A stretch of 64,000 nt of DNA from Erysipelotrichaceae bacterium (GCA_017431225.1 JAFRLM010000010.1:6342-70341); one strand, 5' to 3'; positions 17,066 to 26,789 are shown, counted from the first letter of the stretch. A program made the numbers and translations. The notes: generated by a model not told the origin, from the sequence alone.

Positions 17066-19216
17066 ATGGTTATTTTTAATGATCTGAATGAAAATCAAAA
17101 GAAAGCCGTTGTTGATGACAGCGATCATCTCCGTATCATCGCCGGCGCCGGAAGCGGTAAAACACGCGTTCTGACGATGCGGATCGCATATCTGATCGAG
17201 GAAAAGGACGTACCGCCCTATCAGATCCTGGCGATCACTTTTACCAACAAAGCAGCGAATGAAATGAAGAGCCGTATCCAGGAGATGCTGCAGGAAAAAG
17301 GCACCGGGACCTGGATCTCGACGATCCATTCCCTCTGTGTGCGTATCCTTTCCGAAGACATTGAGGCTCTCGGATATCCGCGCAATTTCACGATCTGCGA
17401 TTCCGATGACCAGAAAACGATCCTCAAGGAAGCGTACAAGGAATACGGTCTGGAGAAAGGCACCTATCCTTACGGACAAATGCTCGACTACATCTCCGCC
17501 AACAAAAGCGAGCGCGTCTCGCCGGAACAGGCAAGAGAGCTTGCCCATGGCGATGAACAGATCGTATTAAAGGCAAAAGTCTACGAATACTACGTTAAGC
17601 GTCTGGCTTCTGTCTACGGTCTCGATTTCGATGATCTTATCCTCTGGGTGATCCGTCTGTTTGAAGAGTTCCCGACGATCCTGACCAAATGGTCACGGCG
17701 TTTTCATTACGTTCTCGTCGATGAGTTCCAGGATATCGACCGTGATCAGTACCGTCTGATCCGTTATCTCTGCAAGGAACACGATCATCTTTATGTCGTC
17801 GGCGATCCCGATCAGACGATCTATACCTGGCGCGGTGCGGATGTCAATATCATCACCAACTTCGACAGGGATTTCCCGAACACCAAGACGATCATCCTCG
17901 ACCGGAACTACCGTTCCACCAACAATATCCTGAGCGGAGCCAACTCGCTCATCGCCAATAACCGCATGCGTGTCAAGAAAGACCTCTATTCGGAAAACGG
18001 CGACGGCGATAAGATCCTCCATAAGAGTCTCGAGACCGAGGAAGGTGAGGCCTACTACATCGCCTCCGAGATCCTGCAGATGCATCAGCAGGGTAAAAAA
18101 TACAACGATATCGCGGTCCTGTACCGTTCCAACTATCTTTCCAGAACCGTCGAAAAAGTCTTCGTTGAAAACCACATCCCCTATGTGATCTACGGAGGCA
18201 TCCGCTTCTATGAGCGCGCCGAAGTCAAGGATATGCTCTCCTATCTGCGTATGATCCTGACCGGCGACGACCTCTCCTTTTCAAGGATTGTCAACGTTCC
18301 CAAAAGAGGCATCGGCACAACGACTCTCGACCGTATCCGTGAGATTGCTTTCGAAAGCGATATGACGATGTACGAAGTCGTTAAGAGCGGTCTTTATTCC
18401 AAGAACAAAGCCGCCTTCGATAATTTCGTACGCATGGTCGAACACTGGCGCAGCGAACTTCCCAATATCGCCCTCGATGATCTTTTCCAGCACGTTCTGG
18501 ATGAATCCGGTTACCGTGAGATGCTCGAGAAAGACAAGGAAACGGAGCGTCTGGAAAACATCAAGGCGCTGCTCGATGATATCGAGACATACACCAAGAC
18601 CTATCCGGACAGTGATCTGAACGAATACCTGCAGATGATCGCTCTTTATACCGATAAAGCAACCGAGAAGAACAGCGATTCCGTCAATCTCCTGACGATC
18701 CATTCCGCCAAGGGCCTTGAGTTCGACACCGTATTCGTGATCGGCCTCTCGGAAGGCATCTTCCCCAGCGAGCGGACGATGGCCGAAGGAATGAAAGGTC
18801 TTGAAGAGGAACGGCGTCTGGCCTACGTTGCCTACACCAGAGCGAAGAAAAAACTCTATCTTACCGAGAACCGGGCTTTCTCCTATGTCGTTCAGAGCGG
18901 CAAACTGCCCAGCCGCTTCATCAAGGAGATCGACCCGCAATACGTCCTCGACCTGAATGAGCCGAAGAAAAAGAGCTTCTTCTTTGAAGGCGCGGAGGAA
19001 TTCACACAGAAGAAACCCGTCAGCAGTGATCAGGCCAAGGCGGACAGCCAGGCAGCTCTGAAGAAAGGCGACCTTGTTGAACACGCTGTCTTCAAGAGCG
19101 GTGTCGTCATCAGCATCGAGAATAACATCGCCACGATCGCCTTCGCTTACCCGTACGGCGTCAAAAAGATCATGGCCACTCATCCCTCGATCCATAAAAA
19201 AGTTTCAAAAGCATAA
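17066..19216 (+). CDS. pcrA: ATP-dependent DNA helicase PcrA (UvrD family)
   Basis: AGAGSGKTRVL (motif I), VDEFQDI, GDPDQTIY, TIHSAKGLEF, C-terminal Tudor-like tail. ATG at 17066 after a TATAAT at 17051-17056. Confidence 0.95.
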   Translation: MVIFNDLNENQKKAVVDDSDHLRIIAGAGSGKTRVLTMRIAYLIEEKDVPPYQILAITFTNKAANEMKSRIQEMLQEKGTGTWISTIHSLCVRILSEDIEALGYPRNFTICDSDDQKTILKEAYKEYGLEKGTYPYGQMLDYISANKSERVSPEQARELAHGDEQIVLKAKVYEYYVKRLASVYGLDFDDLILWVIRLFEEFPTILTKWSRRFHYVLVDEFQDIDRDQYRLIRYLCKEHDHLYVVGDPDQTIYTWRGADVNIITNFDRDFPNTKTIILDRNYRSTNNILSGANSLIANNRMRVKKDLYSENGDGDKILHKSLETEEGEAYYIASEILQMHQQGKKYNDIAVLYRSNYLSRTVEKVFVENHIPYVIYGGIRFYERAEVKDMLSYLRMILTGDDLSFSRIVNVPKRGIGTTTLDRIREIAFESDMTMYEVVKSGLYSKNKAAFDNFVRMVEHWRSELPNIALDDLFQHVLDESGYREMLEKDKETERLENIKALLDDIETYTKTYPDSDLNEYLQMIALYTDKATEKNSDSVNLLTIHSAKGLEFDTVFVIGLSEGIFPSERTMAEGMKGLEEERRLAYVAYTRAKKKLYLTENRAFSYVVQSGKLPSRFIKEIDPQYVLDLNEPKKKSFFFEGAEEFTQKKPVSSDQAKADSQAALKKGDLVEHAVFKSGVVISIENNIATIAFAYPYGVKKIMATHPSIHKKVSKA

Positions 19217-19220
19217 GAAA

Positions 19221-19247
19221 AAGGCATGTTCTAATCGAACATGCCTT
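19221..19247. terminator. Bidirectional hairpin between convergent pcrA and the dehydratase-like gene
   Basis: AAGGCATGTTC-TAATC-GAACATGCCTT. The loop contains the minus-strand TAG stop. Confidence 0.55.
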
Positions 19248-20481
19248 CATTTAATTTGGCGTTTGCCATCATCAGCCGGATACGGTTCTCCTGGTTGACT
19301 TTTGAGGCGCTCGGATCAAAATCGATCGCAACGATATTGGCCAGAGGATAACGATCCTTGATCTTGCGGATCATGCCTTTGGCGACGATATGATTCGGCA
19401 GACAGCCAAAGGGCTGCGCCATAACGACATTGTTGACTCCGGAACGCACAAGCGTAACGACTTCACTGGTCAGAAGCCAACCTTCGCCCATCTTAACGCC
19501 CGGATTGATGAACTCCTTGCCGTTTTCAAAGACTTCATTGAAATCATCCGGCAGATAGAATTCCCCATCTTCCTTCAGGACCCTGGTAAAGACTTTCTGC
19601 ATTGAGATGATGATGATGTTTTTCGCTACTTTGGTGAAATAGTAGCTCTTGCGGTGCATATGGTAATACTTATAATCGATCAGATTGTTCTGCAGACAGT
19701 ACAGCAGGAAATCCATAACGCCGGATAAGACCGGCTCAAAGCCGCCCTCGATCAGGAAATCCTCAAGATGCTGGTTTCCCAAAGGCGAATACTTCATGTA
19801 GATCTCGCCGACGACACCTACCCGGATCTTTTTCTTGGAACGGTCCTGGGGGACGGATTTCATCCGCTTCAGCATGTGACGGTAGATCCTTTTGGACTGC
19901 AGGAAGCCGACACCGTCGAACTCCTTCTTCAGATCCTCGCAGATCGCGTCGATCTCGCGGTCACAGGCACCCGGTTCGGTCTCATACGGTTTTACCTGGT
20001 TCTTCAGCCACATCAGCGCGTCACCGTATAAAGTGCCGTAAGCCAGACGGATCAGAGCGACTGTCGTGATATGCAGACTGGATTCCTTCTCAAGTCCCGA
20101 GAAGTTGATCGAGAGACAGGGAATGTTTTCCCACCCTTCCTGGATCAGCGCCTTGCGCAGCAGTGAAAGATAATTGCTGGCACGGCAGCCGCCGGCGGTC
20201 TGGGTCATTGCCAGAGCGATGTGGTCCATGTCATAGTTCCCCTTTTTCAGGGCATCGATCATCTGCCCGACGACCAGAAGCGCCGGGTAACAGGTATCGT
20301 TATGGACGTGGCTCAGTCCTGCTTCACGGACTTCATCGCCTTCGTTCTGAAGGACCTCGATATGATAACCGTTCTTTGCCAGAAGCGGCGAAAGCAGCTT
20401 GAAATGGACCGGCAGCATCGAAGGAACAAGAACGGTATGGGTCGACATCATCTCTTTCGTAAAGACGGCATGCTCACTCAT
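19231..20481 (-). CDS. 2-hydroxyacyl-CoA dehydratase family protein (HgdB/D-component-like)
   Basis: 416 aa. N-terminal ...HVHNDTCYPALLVVGQ...TQTAGGCRASNY, typical of the HGD-D family. Overlaps the upstream activase gene by 8 nt. Confidence 0.7.
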   Translation of the reverse strand: MSEHAVFTKEMMSTHTVLVPSMLPVHFKLLSPLLAKNGYHIEVLQNEGDEVREAGLSHVHNDTCYPALLVVGQMIDALKKGNYDMDHIALAMTQTAGGCRASNYLSLLRKALIQEGWENIPCLSINFSGLEKESSLHITTVALIRLAYGTLYGDALMWLKNQVKPYETEPGACDREIDAICEDLKKEFDGVGFLQSKRIYRHMLKRMKSVPQDRSKKKIRVGVVGEIYMKYSPLGNQHLEDFLIEGGFEPVLSGVMDFLLYCLQNNLIDYKYYHMHRKSYYFTKVAKNIIIISMQKVFTRVLKEDGEFYLPDDFNEVFENGKEFINPGVKMGEGWLLTSEVVTLVRSGVNNVVMAQPFGCLPNHIVAKGMIRKIKDRYPLANIVAIDFDPSASKVNQENRIRLMMANAKLNEGMFD

Positions 20482-23404
20482 TTTCGCTCTCCTTCTTCTT
20501 CTGCAGCATCGCTTCCTTCATCGAGCGCAGGCGGATCTTGGCCGCACCGAGGTTATCGATCTCATCGATCTTGATCTGGGTGTAGAATTTATTGAATTTC
20601 TTCAGGATATCCTTGACCTCATCGGAAGTGATGGCGTCGATGCCGCAGCCGAAGCTGACGAGATGGATCAGCTCCATATCCTCATTCTCGCCTGCATAGT
20701 ATGCCGCCTGATAAAGGCGTGCATGATACGTCCACTGGTTGAGGACATTGACTTTATGCTGGACCTGACGGGGAACGCTTTCCTCGGAGACAACGACGAA
20801 GCCGAGCTTGGTAAGCAGCTGGTTGATCTGGTGATTGATCAGCGGGTCAAGGTGATACGGACGTCCGCAGACAAGCGCGATCGGGAGCTCATGGATCCTG
20901 GCGTATGTCACGACCTGATGATGTTCATCGACGAGGCGCTGCATGAAGTCGGAATACGCGTTCTTTCCGGCTTCAAAGGCTTTACGGACGGTGTATTTGT
21001 CAAAATAGATATCTTTCTTTTCGAAATGGCTGATGATCGCGCGGACAAAGGTCCTTTCATCATCAAAGCTCAGGAACGGATAGACGAATCTCGTATCGCC
21101 GAATTCCGTATTACCGGCGATGACTTCCGGATAATACGCGACCAGCGGACAGTTGTAATGGTTGTCGGACTGTTTCTCATCGACGTTATAGGTCATGCAG
21201 GGATAGAAGATCAGATCGACGCCTTTCTTCAGCAGCTGATCGATATGGCCGTGAACGACTTTGGCCGGGAAACAGGCGGTATCACTGGGGATGTTCTGCT
21301 GTCCGGCATGGTACATCTCCTTCGTTGTCGGTGTTGACCAGACGACTTCGTAGCCAAGCACATCAAAGAAGGCGCTCCAGAAAGGAAGCAGATCGTAATT
21401 GTTCAGGACCAGCGGCATGCCGATCTTCATATCATGGGAATACTTCTTCTGCTCATCTTCCAGCATCTTCATCTTGATCTTGAAAAGATCCGGAAGCTCC
21501 GCTTTCTTCTGCGCCAGCGGCAGCATCTTATCGCATTTGTTGCCGGCGATCAGACGGGAGCCGTCCGCGAAAGTATTGATGGTGAGTGAGCAGTGGTTCG
21601 TGCATCCGCCGCAGGCGACTGAACGGGAAGTATGGGTAAAGCTCTTCAGCTCTTCATAGCTCAGGATCGAGCTCTTCTCCCCTGCCAGTGTCTGTGCGAA
21701 TAAGGCAGCGCCGTATGCGCCCATCAGATGCGCGATGCTCGGACGGATAACGTTGTAGCCGAGTTCCTGTTCAAAGGAACGCAGGACCGCGTCGTTGCGG
21801 AAAGTACCGCCCTGAACAACGACATTCTTTCCGATATCGTCTTTCGATTTCGCACGGATGACCTTGTATAAGGCATTCTTAACGACTGAACGGCAAAGAC
21901 CGGCGGAGATATCCTCAATCGAAGCGCCGTTTTTCTGCGCCTGTTTGACACCGGAGTTCATAAAGACTGTGCAGCGTGTGCCGAGATCAACCGGATGCTG
22001 TGCCTTCAGTCCGAGAGTCGCGAATTCCTCACTGCTGTAACCCATGGAACGGGCAAAAGTCTCGATAAAGGAACCGCACCCGCTTGAGCAGGCTTCATTC
22101 AGAACGATATCATCGATGCGTCCGTCACGGATACGGAAGCATTTGATATCCTGTCCGCCGATATCGAGGATGAAGTCAACGTTCGGATTAAAGCGTTTGG
22201 CTGCTGTGTAATGGGCCATCGTTTCAACGACACCGCCGTCGAGATGGAAGGCGTGACGCATCAGCTCTTCGCCGTAACCGGTCGCGTAAGCACCGGCGAT
22301 ACGCATCTCCGGGTCAGCGTGTTCATAGATATAACGGATATCTTCCAATACGACATCCAGAGGATTGCCCTTATTGGAGGAATAGGATTGATAAAGGATC
22401 TTACGGTCCGCACTGAGCAGCACCATCTTGGTTGTCGTCGAACCGGAATCGATACCTAGGAAAGCATCGCCTTTATACTGTTCAAGCGGGAAATACTCCG
22501 CGTCATGCATGCGGTGGCGTTCCTTGAACTCTTCGTATTCCGCCTCATCCTTGAAAAGCGGAGGCGCGTCGCTCAGTTTCGCCGGAGCGTTGACGAGATC
22601 TTCCAGTTTCTTTTCCAGGGTTTCCCTGTCAAAGAGTTTTCTTGCGGTCAGAGCTGCGCCATAGGCAACGAAGTTGATCGCCGTCTCCGGACAGCAGACA
22701 TCTTCCTCTCTCGCGCCAAGTGTCTCTTTAAAACGTTTCCGCAGACCCTTCAGGAAGTAGAGCGGCCCGCCGAGGAACAGGATCTTTCCTTCGATACGGC
22801 GTCCCTGAGCAAGAGAAGCTATCGTCTGGTCGACAACAGCCTGAAAGATACTTGCGCACAGATCCGCTTTATCCACGCCCTGGTTGATCAGAGGCTGGAT
22901 ATCGGATTTCGCGAATACACCGCAGCGCGATGCGATCGGATATAGGCGATGGTAACGCAGTGAAGCTTCATCCATCTCTTCAAGGCTCATATTCAGCAGG
23001 GTCGCCATCTGATCGATAAAGGCGCCGGTACCGCCGGCACAGGTCGAATTCATACGCTGTTCGATCGCGCCTTTGAAGAAAAGGATCTTGGCATCTTCGC
23101 CGCCGAGCTCGATCGCTACTTCGGTATCCGGATATTCTTTACGGACAGCAGCTGCCGATGCGAAAACTTCCTGCGCGAAAGGCAGATCACCCTCTTCGGA
23201 AAGACCGAGAGCGCCGGATCCGCTGAACGCAAAATAAAAAGGTTCCTTCGTAAACTCACGTAATTCAACGATCTTCTCAAGAGCTTTCTGACGGACTTGT
23301 GCCTTATGTCTTTCATAACTCTTGTATACGATCTTGCCCTGTTCGTCCAGGACGACCGCTTTAATCGTTGTAGAACCTACATCAAAACCAATCTTGTATG
23401 TCAT
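20474..23404 (-). CDS. Fused double BcrA/BadF/HgdC-type ATPase (CoA-enzyme activase) with C-terminal DUF2229-like region
   Basis: Two actin-fold ATPase modules (GFDVGSTTIKAV... and GIDSGSTTTKMV...), each with a cluster-Cys context (ASRCGVFAKSD, GTRCTVFMNSG). 976 aa. Confidence 0.8.
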   Translation of the reverse strand: MTYKIGFDVGSTTIKAVVLDEQGKIVYKSYERHKAQVRQKALEKIVELREFTKEPFYFAFSGSGALGLSEEGDLPFAQEVFASAAAVRKEYPDTEVAIELGGEDAKILFFKGAIEQRMNSTCAGGTGAFIDQMATLLNMSLEEMDEASLRYHRLYPIASRCGVFAKSDIQPLINQGVDKADLCASIFQAVVDQTIASLAQGRRIEGKILFLGGPLYFLKGLRKRFKETLGAREEDVCCPETAINFVAYGAALTARKLFDRETLEKKLEDLVNAPAKLSDAPPLFKDEAEYEEFKERHRMHDAEYFPLEQYKGDAFLGIDSGSTTTKMVLLSADRKILYQSYSSNKGNPLDVVLEDIRYIYEHADPEMRIAGAYATGYGEELMRHAFHLDGGVVETMAHYTAAKRFNPNVDFILDIGGQDIKCFRIRDGRIDDIVLNEACSSGCGSFIETFARSMGYSSEEFATLGLKAQHPVDLGTRCTVFMNSGVKQAQKNGASIEDISAGLCRSVVKNALYKVIRAKSKDDIGKNVVVQGGTFRNDAVLRSFEQELGYNVIRPSIAHLMGAYGAALFAQTLAGEKSSILSYEELKSFTHTSRSVACGGCTNHCSLTINTFADGSRLIAGNKCDKMLPLAQKKAELPDLFKIKMKMLEDEQKKYSHDMKIGMPLVLNNYDLLPFWSAFFDVLGYEVVWSTPTTKEMYHAGQQNIPSDTACFPAKVVHGHIDQLLKKGVDLIFYPCMTYNVDEKQSDNHYNCPLVAYYPEVIAGNTEFGDTRFVYPFLSFDDERTFVRAIISHFEKKDIYFDKYTVRKAFEAGKNAYSDFMQRLVDEHHQVVTYARIHELPIALVCGRPYHLDPLINHQINQLLTKLGFVVVSEESVPRQVQHKVNVLNQWTYHARLYQAAYYAGENEDMELIHLVSFGCGIDAITSDEVKDILKKFNKFYTQIKIDEIDNLGAAKIRLRSMKEAMLQKKKESENE

Positions 23405-23507
23405 GATTTACCTCAATAAAGCTATTATACTCCATGTTGAAAACAAAATCATCAATTTGATTCTCAGACGGGTTCTTACAGCTGCTGAAATTGCCGTAAA
23501 AGTCTGA

Positions 23508-23536
23508 TTGCTTTTTAAAAACCCCTATGCTAGAAT
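23508..23536 (+). promoter_or_regulatory. Promoter of tRNA-His
   Basis: TTGCTT, 17 nt, TAGAAT. The -10 element ends 12 nt before the tRNA 5' end. Confidence 0.6.
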
Positions 23537-23548
23537 AATTAAGCACAT

Positions 23549-23627
23549 GGCGGACGTGGTGAAGTTGGTTAACACACCAGATTGTGGCTCTGGCATTCCG
23601 TGGGTTCGAGTCCCATCGTTCGCCCCA
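23549..23627 (+). tRNA. tRNA-His (anticodon GTG) with genome-encoded G-1 and CCA
   Basis: Hand fold: acceptor GCGGACG/CGTTCGC, G-1:C73, anticodon stem CCAGA/TCTGG, loop TTGTGGC, T-arm GTGGG-TTCGAGT-CCCAT. Confidence 0.9.
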
Positions 23628-23638
23628 TAAGAAAAAGC

Positions 23639-23667
23639 AAGTACAGCGATGCTGTACTTTTTATTTT
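23639..23667. terminator. Bidirectional terminator (tRNA-His and ACT gene)
   Basis: AAGTACAGC-GAT-GCTGTACTT plus TTTTATTTT. Confidence 0.75.
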
Positions 23668-24029
23668 GTTACGGTATATCCCGCGGCTCGCAAGGCCATC
23701 GCGGCCTCTTCGAGTTTTTCGGATTTTACCAGGATGTAGTCGGTATTATAGGTCGATACAACAAAGATCCCGATCTTCTTCTCCGCCAGCACAGCGGAGA
23801 TCTTTGCGAGGATACCGATCAGGGAGAAATCAAGGATACCTTCGATGCGGAACGCCCGCCAGCCGTCTTCCCTGTCAGTCGTATCGGCAGGTACTTTCAC
23901 TGTATTGCAGACAAGGGAGATCTCCTGCTCTGTACGGGCAAGGAAAAAGATCCCTTCCGGCAGATGCTCAGTGGGAAGTTCCGTCAGTTTACATACGCTC
24001 AGCTCATCAGGAAGTATTCTCAGTTCCAT
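23661..24029 (-). CDS. ACT domain-containing protein
   Basis: 122 aa. ...FRIEGILDFSLIGILAKISAVLAEKKIGIFVVSTYNTDYILV, typical ACT-fold ligand-binding module. Confidence 0.7.
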   Translation of the reverse strand: MELRILPDELSVCKLTELPTEHLPEGIFFLARTEQEISLVCNTVKVPADTTDREDGWRAFRIEGILDFSLIGILAKISAVLAEKKIGIFVVSTYNTDYILVKSEKLEEAAMALRAAGYTVTK

Positions 24030-24070
24030 GTCTTCTCCTTCAAGAAAGGCTGCGTCAGGCAGCCCTTGTT

Positions 24071-24934
24071 TTATTCATCTTTCAGCAGTGCGAAGATCTC
24101 TTCCTTGCGTGCTTCCGCGTCATCGTAGCCAAGCTGGAAAAGCTTCTTCAGGTCTTCCTTGTCGCCGCGCAGACGCGAAACATTCATGACCTGGCTTGGC
24201 AGCAGCCAAACCGCCTTCTTTTCTTCGACCTGCTTTTTGATCAGTCCGATCTGCTCATTGTAATGGATGTGACGGATCTTATAATCCTCATAGATCTGTT
24301 TGTGTTTCGGATAAGCCAGACGCATGACGGTCGTTAAGAACCAGTTTGCCGGTTTACGTACATAATCCTTCGGTTTGGTGGTAATGATCAGGAATTTTTC
24401 GTTCTGATCACGGATCGCCTGCTCGATCGGGATCATATCGGTGATACCGCCGTCAAGATATTCCTTCCCGTCCACGGTGACTTTATGACCGATGACCGGT
24501 AAGGTAACGGATCCTTTCAGCATCTGGAAATGATCATCCATTTCCGGGATCGGCACATAGATCGTCTTATCGATCGAAAGATCGTAGAGTCCGACCTTTG
24601 CCGGTTCCTTCTGTGTGATCTCCTTGAGCTTCTTCATATCCATCTTCAGGACATCCGGAATAATATAATCAAACAGATAGTTATATCCGACGATCTGTCC
24701 TTCGCGCAGCAGCGGACGGATACCGATCGTCTTTTTATCGGCGATATGATTCGTTGACATCTCATAGAGATCTTCTTTGTTTTTCAACAGATAAGCGCAA
24801 AGATAGATCGCTCCGGTGGAGATGCCGTAATGGTTGTCAAAAGTGATCCCGTGATCGATGAGCCAGGTCAGTACCCCGGTCGTATAGGCGCCGCGCATGC
24901 CGCCGCCTTCCATGACTAATGCAATTCGTTTCAT
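24071..24934 (-). CDS. Patatin-like phospholipase (catalytically intact)
   Basis: Start at MKRIALVMEGGGMRGAY (oxyanion GGGxRG), GISTG nucleophile elbow, DGG catalytic Asp. Confidence 0.9.
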   Translation of the reverse strand: MKRIALVMEGGGMRGAYTTGVLTWLIDHGITFDNHYGISTGAIYLCAYLLKNKEDLYEMSTNHIADKKTIGIRPLLREGQIVGYNYLFDYIIPDVLKMDMKKLKEITQKEPAKVGLYDLSIDKTIYVPIPEMDDHFQMLKGSVTLPVIGHKVTVDGKEYLDGGITDMIPIEQAIRDQNEKFLIITTKPKDYVRKPANWFLTTVMRLAYPKHKQIYEDYKIRHIHYNEQIGLIKKQVEEKKAVWLLPSQVMNVSRLRGDKEDLKKLFQLGYDDAEARKEEIFALLKDE

Positions 24935-24980
24935 CAATAAAATTCTAAACTTTCTTAAACCTTTGTGCAATAATACAGAC

Positions 24981-25532
24981 ATGAAGAAGAAAATCTATAT
25001 CAATGCACCAATCACCCTCGGCTTCGCGCTGATCGGTCTGATCGTGCTTGTCCTGGGCATCATCAGCAAAGGCGCGATCACCACAAAGTACTTTATGACT
25101 TACCGTTCCTCCTGGAGCGATCCGCTTACCTACCTGCGTCTGGTCACCCACATCTTCGGTCACGCCAGCGTTTCCCATTATGCCGGCAACATGGTCTATA
25201 TCCTGCTTCTGGGTCCGATCCTTGAAGAAAAGTACCACAAGGATCTGCTCTACATCATCCTGCTGACAGCAGTGATCACCGGACTCATCAACAATCTGTT
25301 CTTTACCGGCGGTCTTCTGGGAAGCAGCGGTATCTGCTTCGCCTTCATCCTGCTGGCTTCAGTCACCGGCAGACAGAAAGGCATCCCGCTTACACTGCTG
25401 CTCGTCGCGGTGTTCTGGATCGGCAATGAGATCTATACCGGCCTGACGGCTACAGATCAGATCTCTCAGCTGACCCATATCATCGGCGGCCTCTGCGGCG
25501 GTATGATCGGCATGTTCCTGAAAGACAACTAA
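24981..25532 (+). CDS. Rhomboid family intramembrane serine protease
   Basis: HIFGHASVSHYAGNM, GSSGICFAF (GxSG) and HIIGGLCGG. Start at MKKKIYINAPI. Confidence 0.85.
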   Translation: MKKKIYINAPITLGFALIGLIVLVLGIISKGAITTKYFMTYRSSWSDPLTYLRLVTHIFGHASVSHYAGNMVYILLLGPILEEKYHKDLLYIILLTAVITGLINNLFFTGGLLGSSGICFAFILLASVTGRQKGIPLTLLLVAVFWIGNEIYTGLTATDQISQLTHIIGGLCGGMIGMFLKDN

Positions 25533-25552
25533 TTCGCACATCATCAAACAGC

Positions 25553-25584
25553 AAAAAAAGAAGATCCCGCGGATCTTCTTTTTA
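25553..25584. terminator. Bidirectional terminator between the rhomboid and DUF937 genes
   Basis: AAAAAAAGAAGATCC-CGC-GGATCTTCTTTTT. Confidence 0.8.
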
Positions 25585-25609
25585 AATACATCAGTAAGCT
25601 TTGATCGGA

Positions 25610-26470
25610 TTATTTGACCATTGCCTGCAGAAGCGCATTGATCAGATCTGTACCATCGATCGCATTTGCGACCTGCTGGACCTGGACCTGCGGAGTCTGG
25701 GTCTGCTGCGGTTTGTTGCCGCCTAACAGAGTACCGAGTAAGCTTGGCTGCTGCTGTGTCTGCTGCTGCTGCGGCTGTGCGCCTAACAGTGTTCCAAGCA
25801 GAGAGTTGACTGTGCTTGTCTGCTGTGTCTGCTGCGGTTTGTTGTTGCCTAAGAGTGCGCCCAGTAAGCTCGGCTGCTGCTGTGTCTGCTGCTGTGCCTG
25901 TGCACCGGCTAAAAGACCGAGGACATCATCCAGACCGAAGCCGTCATTCTGCTGCTGCTGATTGCCTGCGAATGTGCTGAGAAGGCTTGTGAGGTCGACA
26001 GCGTTTACTGCCGGAGCTGCGGTCGCCTGTGCCTGTGCCTGCGCCTGCGGTTTCGGCTTCAAAGCGGAAGTGGTAGCTGCTGCCAGAGCTGCGAGAATAG
26101 CCGGAGCGATCAGACCGAGGGAACGGTCGACTGTCTTGTTCTCGATACCTGTTTCAGCAGCGAGTTCCTTAACGACCTTTTCCTTATCATCACCAAGAAT
26201 GTGGCCGATGATCTTGCCGCCGTCTTCTTCATCTGCTTCATCGATCTGCTCAGACATTGAACGGGTATTGTTGTGTTTCGTTAATGCGCTGAGAAGAGAC
26301 AGAGCACCGGACTGGGAAGAGACATTGCTTGTCATGTACTTGATCAGGACCGGAATCGCCAGCGTGATCAGTTTCTTGACCAGTTTGGAGGAAAGGCCGG
26401 TCTTCTGGGAAACAGAATTGACCGAGTTTCCGGACAGCATTGTCTGAAGTAATAATTGTAATAGGTTCAT
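25610..26470 (-). CDS. DUF937-like protein with Gln-rich low-complexity C-terminal half
   Basis: N-terminal MNLLQLLLQTMLSGNSVNSVSQKTGLS...IIGHILGDD...LGLIAPAILAALA resembles DUF937. C-terminal QQTQQQPSLLG.LLG.NKPQQTQ repeats. Confidence 0.7.
   Translation of the reverse strand: MNLLQLLLQTMLSGNSVNSVSQKTGLSSKLVKKLITLAIPVLIKYMTSNVSSQSGALSLLSALTKHNNTRSMSEQIDEADEEDGGKIIGHILGDDKEKVVKELAAETGIENKTVDRSLGLIAPAILAALAAATTSALKPKPQAQAQAQATAAPAVNAVDLTSLLSTFAGNQQQQNDGFGLDDVLGLLAGAQAQQQTQQQPSLLGALLGNNKPQQTQQTSTVNSLLGTLLGAQPQQQQTQQQPSLLGTLLGGNKPQQTQTPQVQVQQVANAIDGTDLINALLQAMVK
25701..25893. repeat. Imperfect direct repeat (two units of about 70 nt, period about 126 nt) inside the DUF937 gene
   Basis: GTCTGCTGCGGTTTGTTG(C/T)(C/T)GCCTAA(C/G)AG...AGTAAGCT(T/C)GGCTGCTGCTGTGTCTGCTGCTG occurs at about 25701-25770 and 25827-25893. 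Confidence 0.7.
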
Positions 26471-26525
26471 TGAGAGCTCCTTTCTTAGGAATTCCTATTT
26501 CTTGATTTCATTTTAGCATAAAACG

Positions 26526-26786
26526 CTATTTGTGGTAGAAACGATAGTAGTCCTCATCCTTGGAAAGATCGATCCCCTCACCCTCTTCTTCCAGGAGATA
26601 GAAATCCTCATTCTCATAGAGTTTCCTGAAATCCTCCACTTCCAGGGAGAAACGGGAACCGCTGCGGTAAGCAATGACTTTTCCTTTGGAGAAAACGAAA
26701 AACTCCTCACTGCGGATATATACCCGCTGTGACTGTTTCATGCATCTCAGCGCTTCATCAAAATTGCGTAGTTTATTTGCCTGCAT
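26526..26786 (-). CDS. Hypothetical small acidic protein (86 aa)
   Basis: ORF 3 nt downstream of the GNAT gene on the same strand. No recognisable motif. Confidence 0.5.
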   Translation of the reverse strand: MQANKLRNFDEALRCMKQSQRVYIRSEEFFVFSKGKVIAYRSGSRFSLEVEDFRKLYENEDFYLLEEEGEGIDLSKDEDYYRFYHK

Positions 26787-26789
26787 AGT

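Noticed and set aside
17006-17548. N-terminal 181-codon extension of the ORF 16121-17548
   Set aside because: The extension runs antisense through the pcrA 5' region. The methyltransferase homology begins at MITSTDFKDYRLLDSG (ATG at 17005).
24071-24934. Patatin-like phospholipase as a CBASS/defence effector
   Set aside because: No cyclase, nucleotide-sensor, Cap or other defence genes are adjacent. The neighbours are an ACT-domain protein and a rhomboid protease. It is most simply a stand-alone lipase.
25701-25893. Repeats as a CRISPR array or mini-satellite
   Set aside because: There are only two imperfect copies, they lie in-frame inside a coding sequence, and they have no spacer/repeat periodicity typical of CRISPR.
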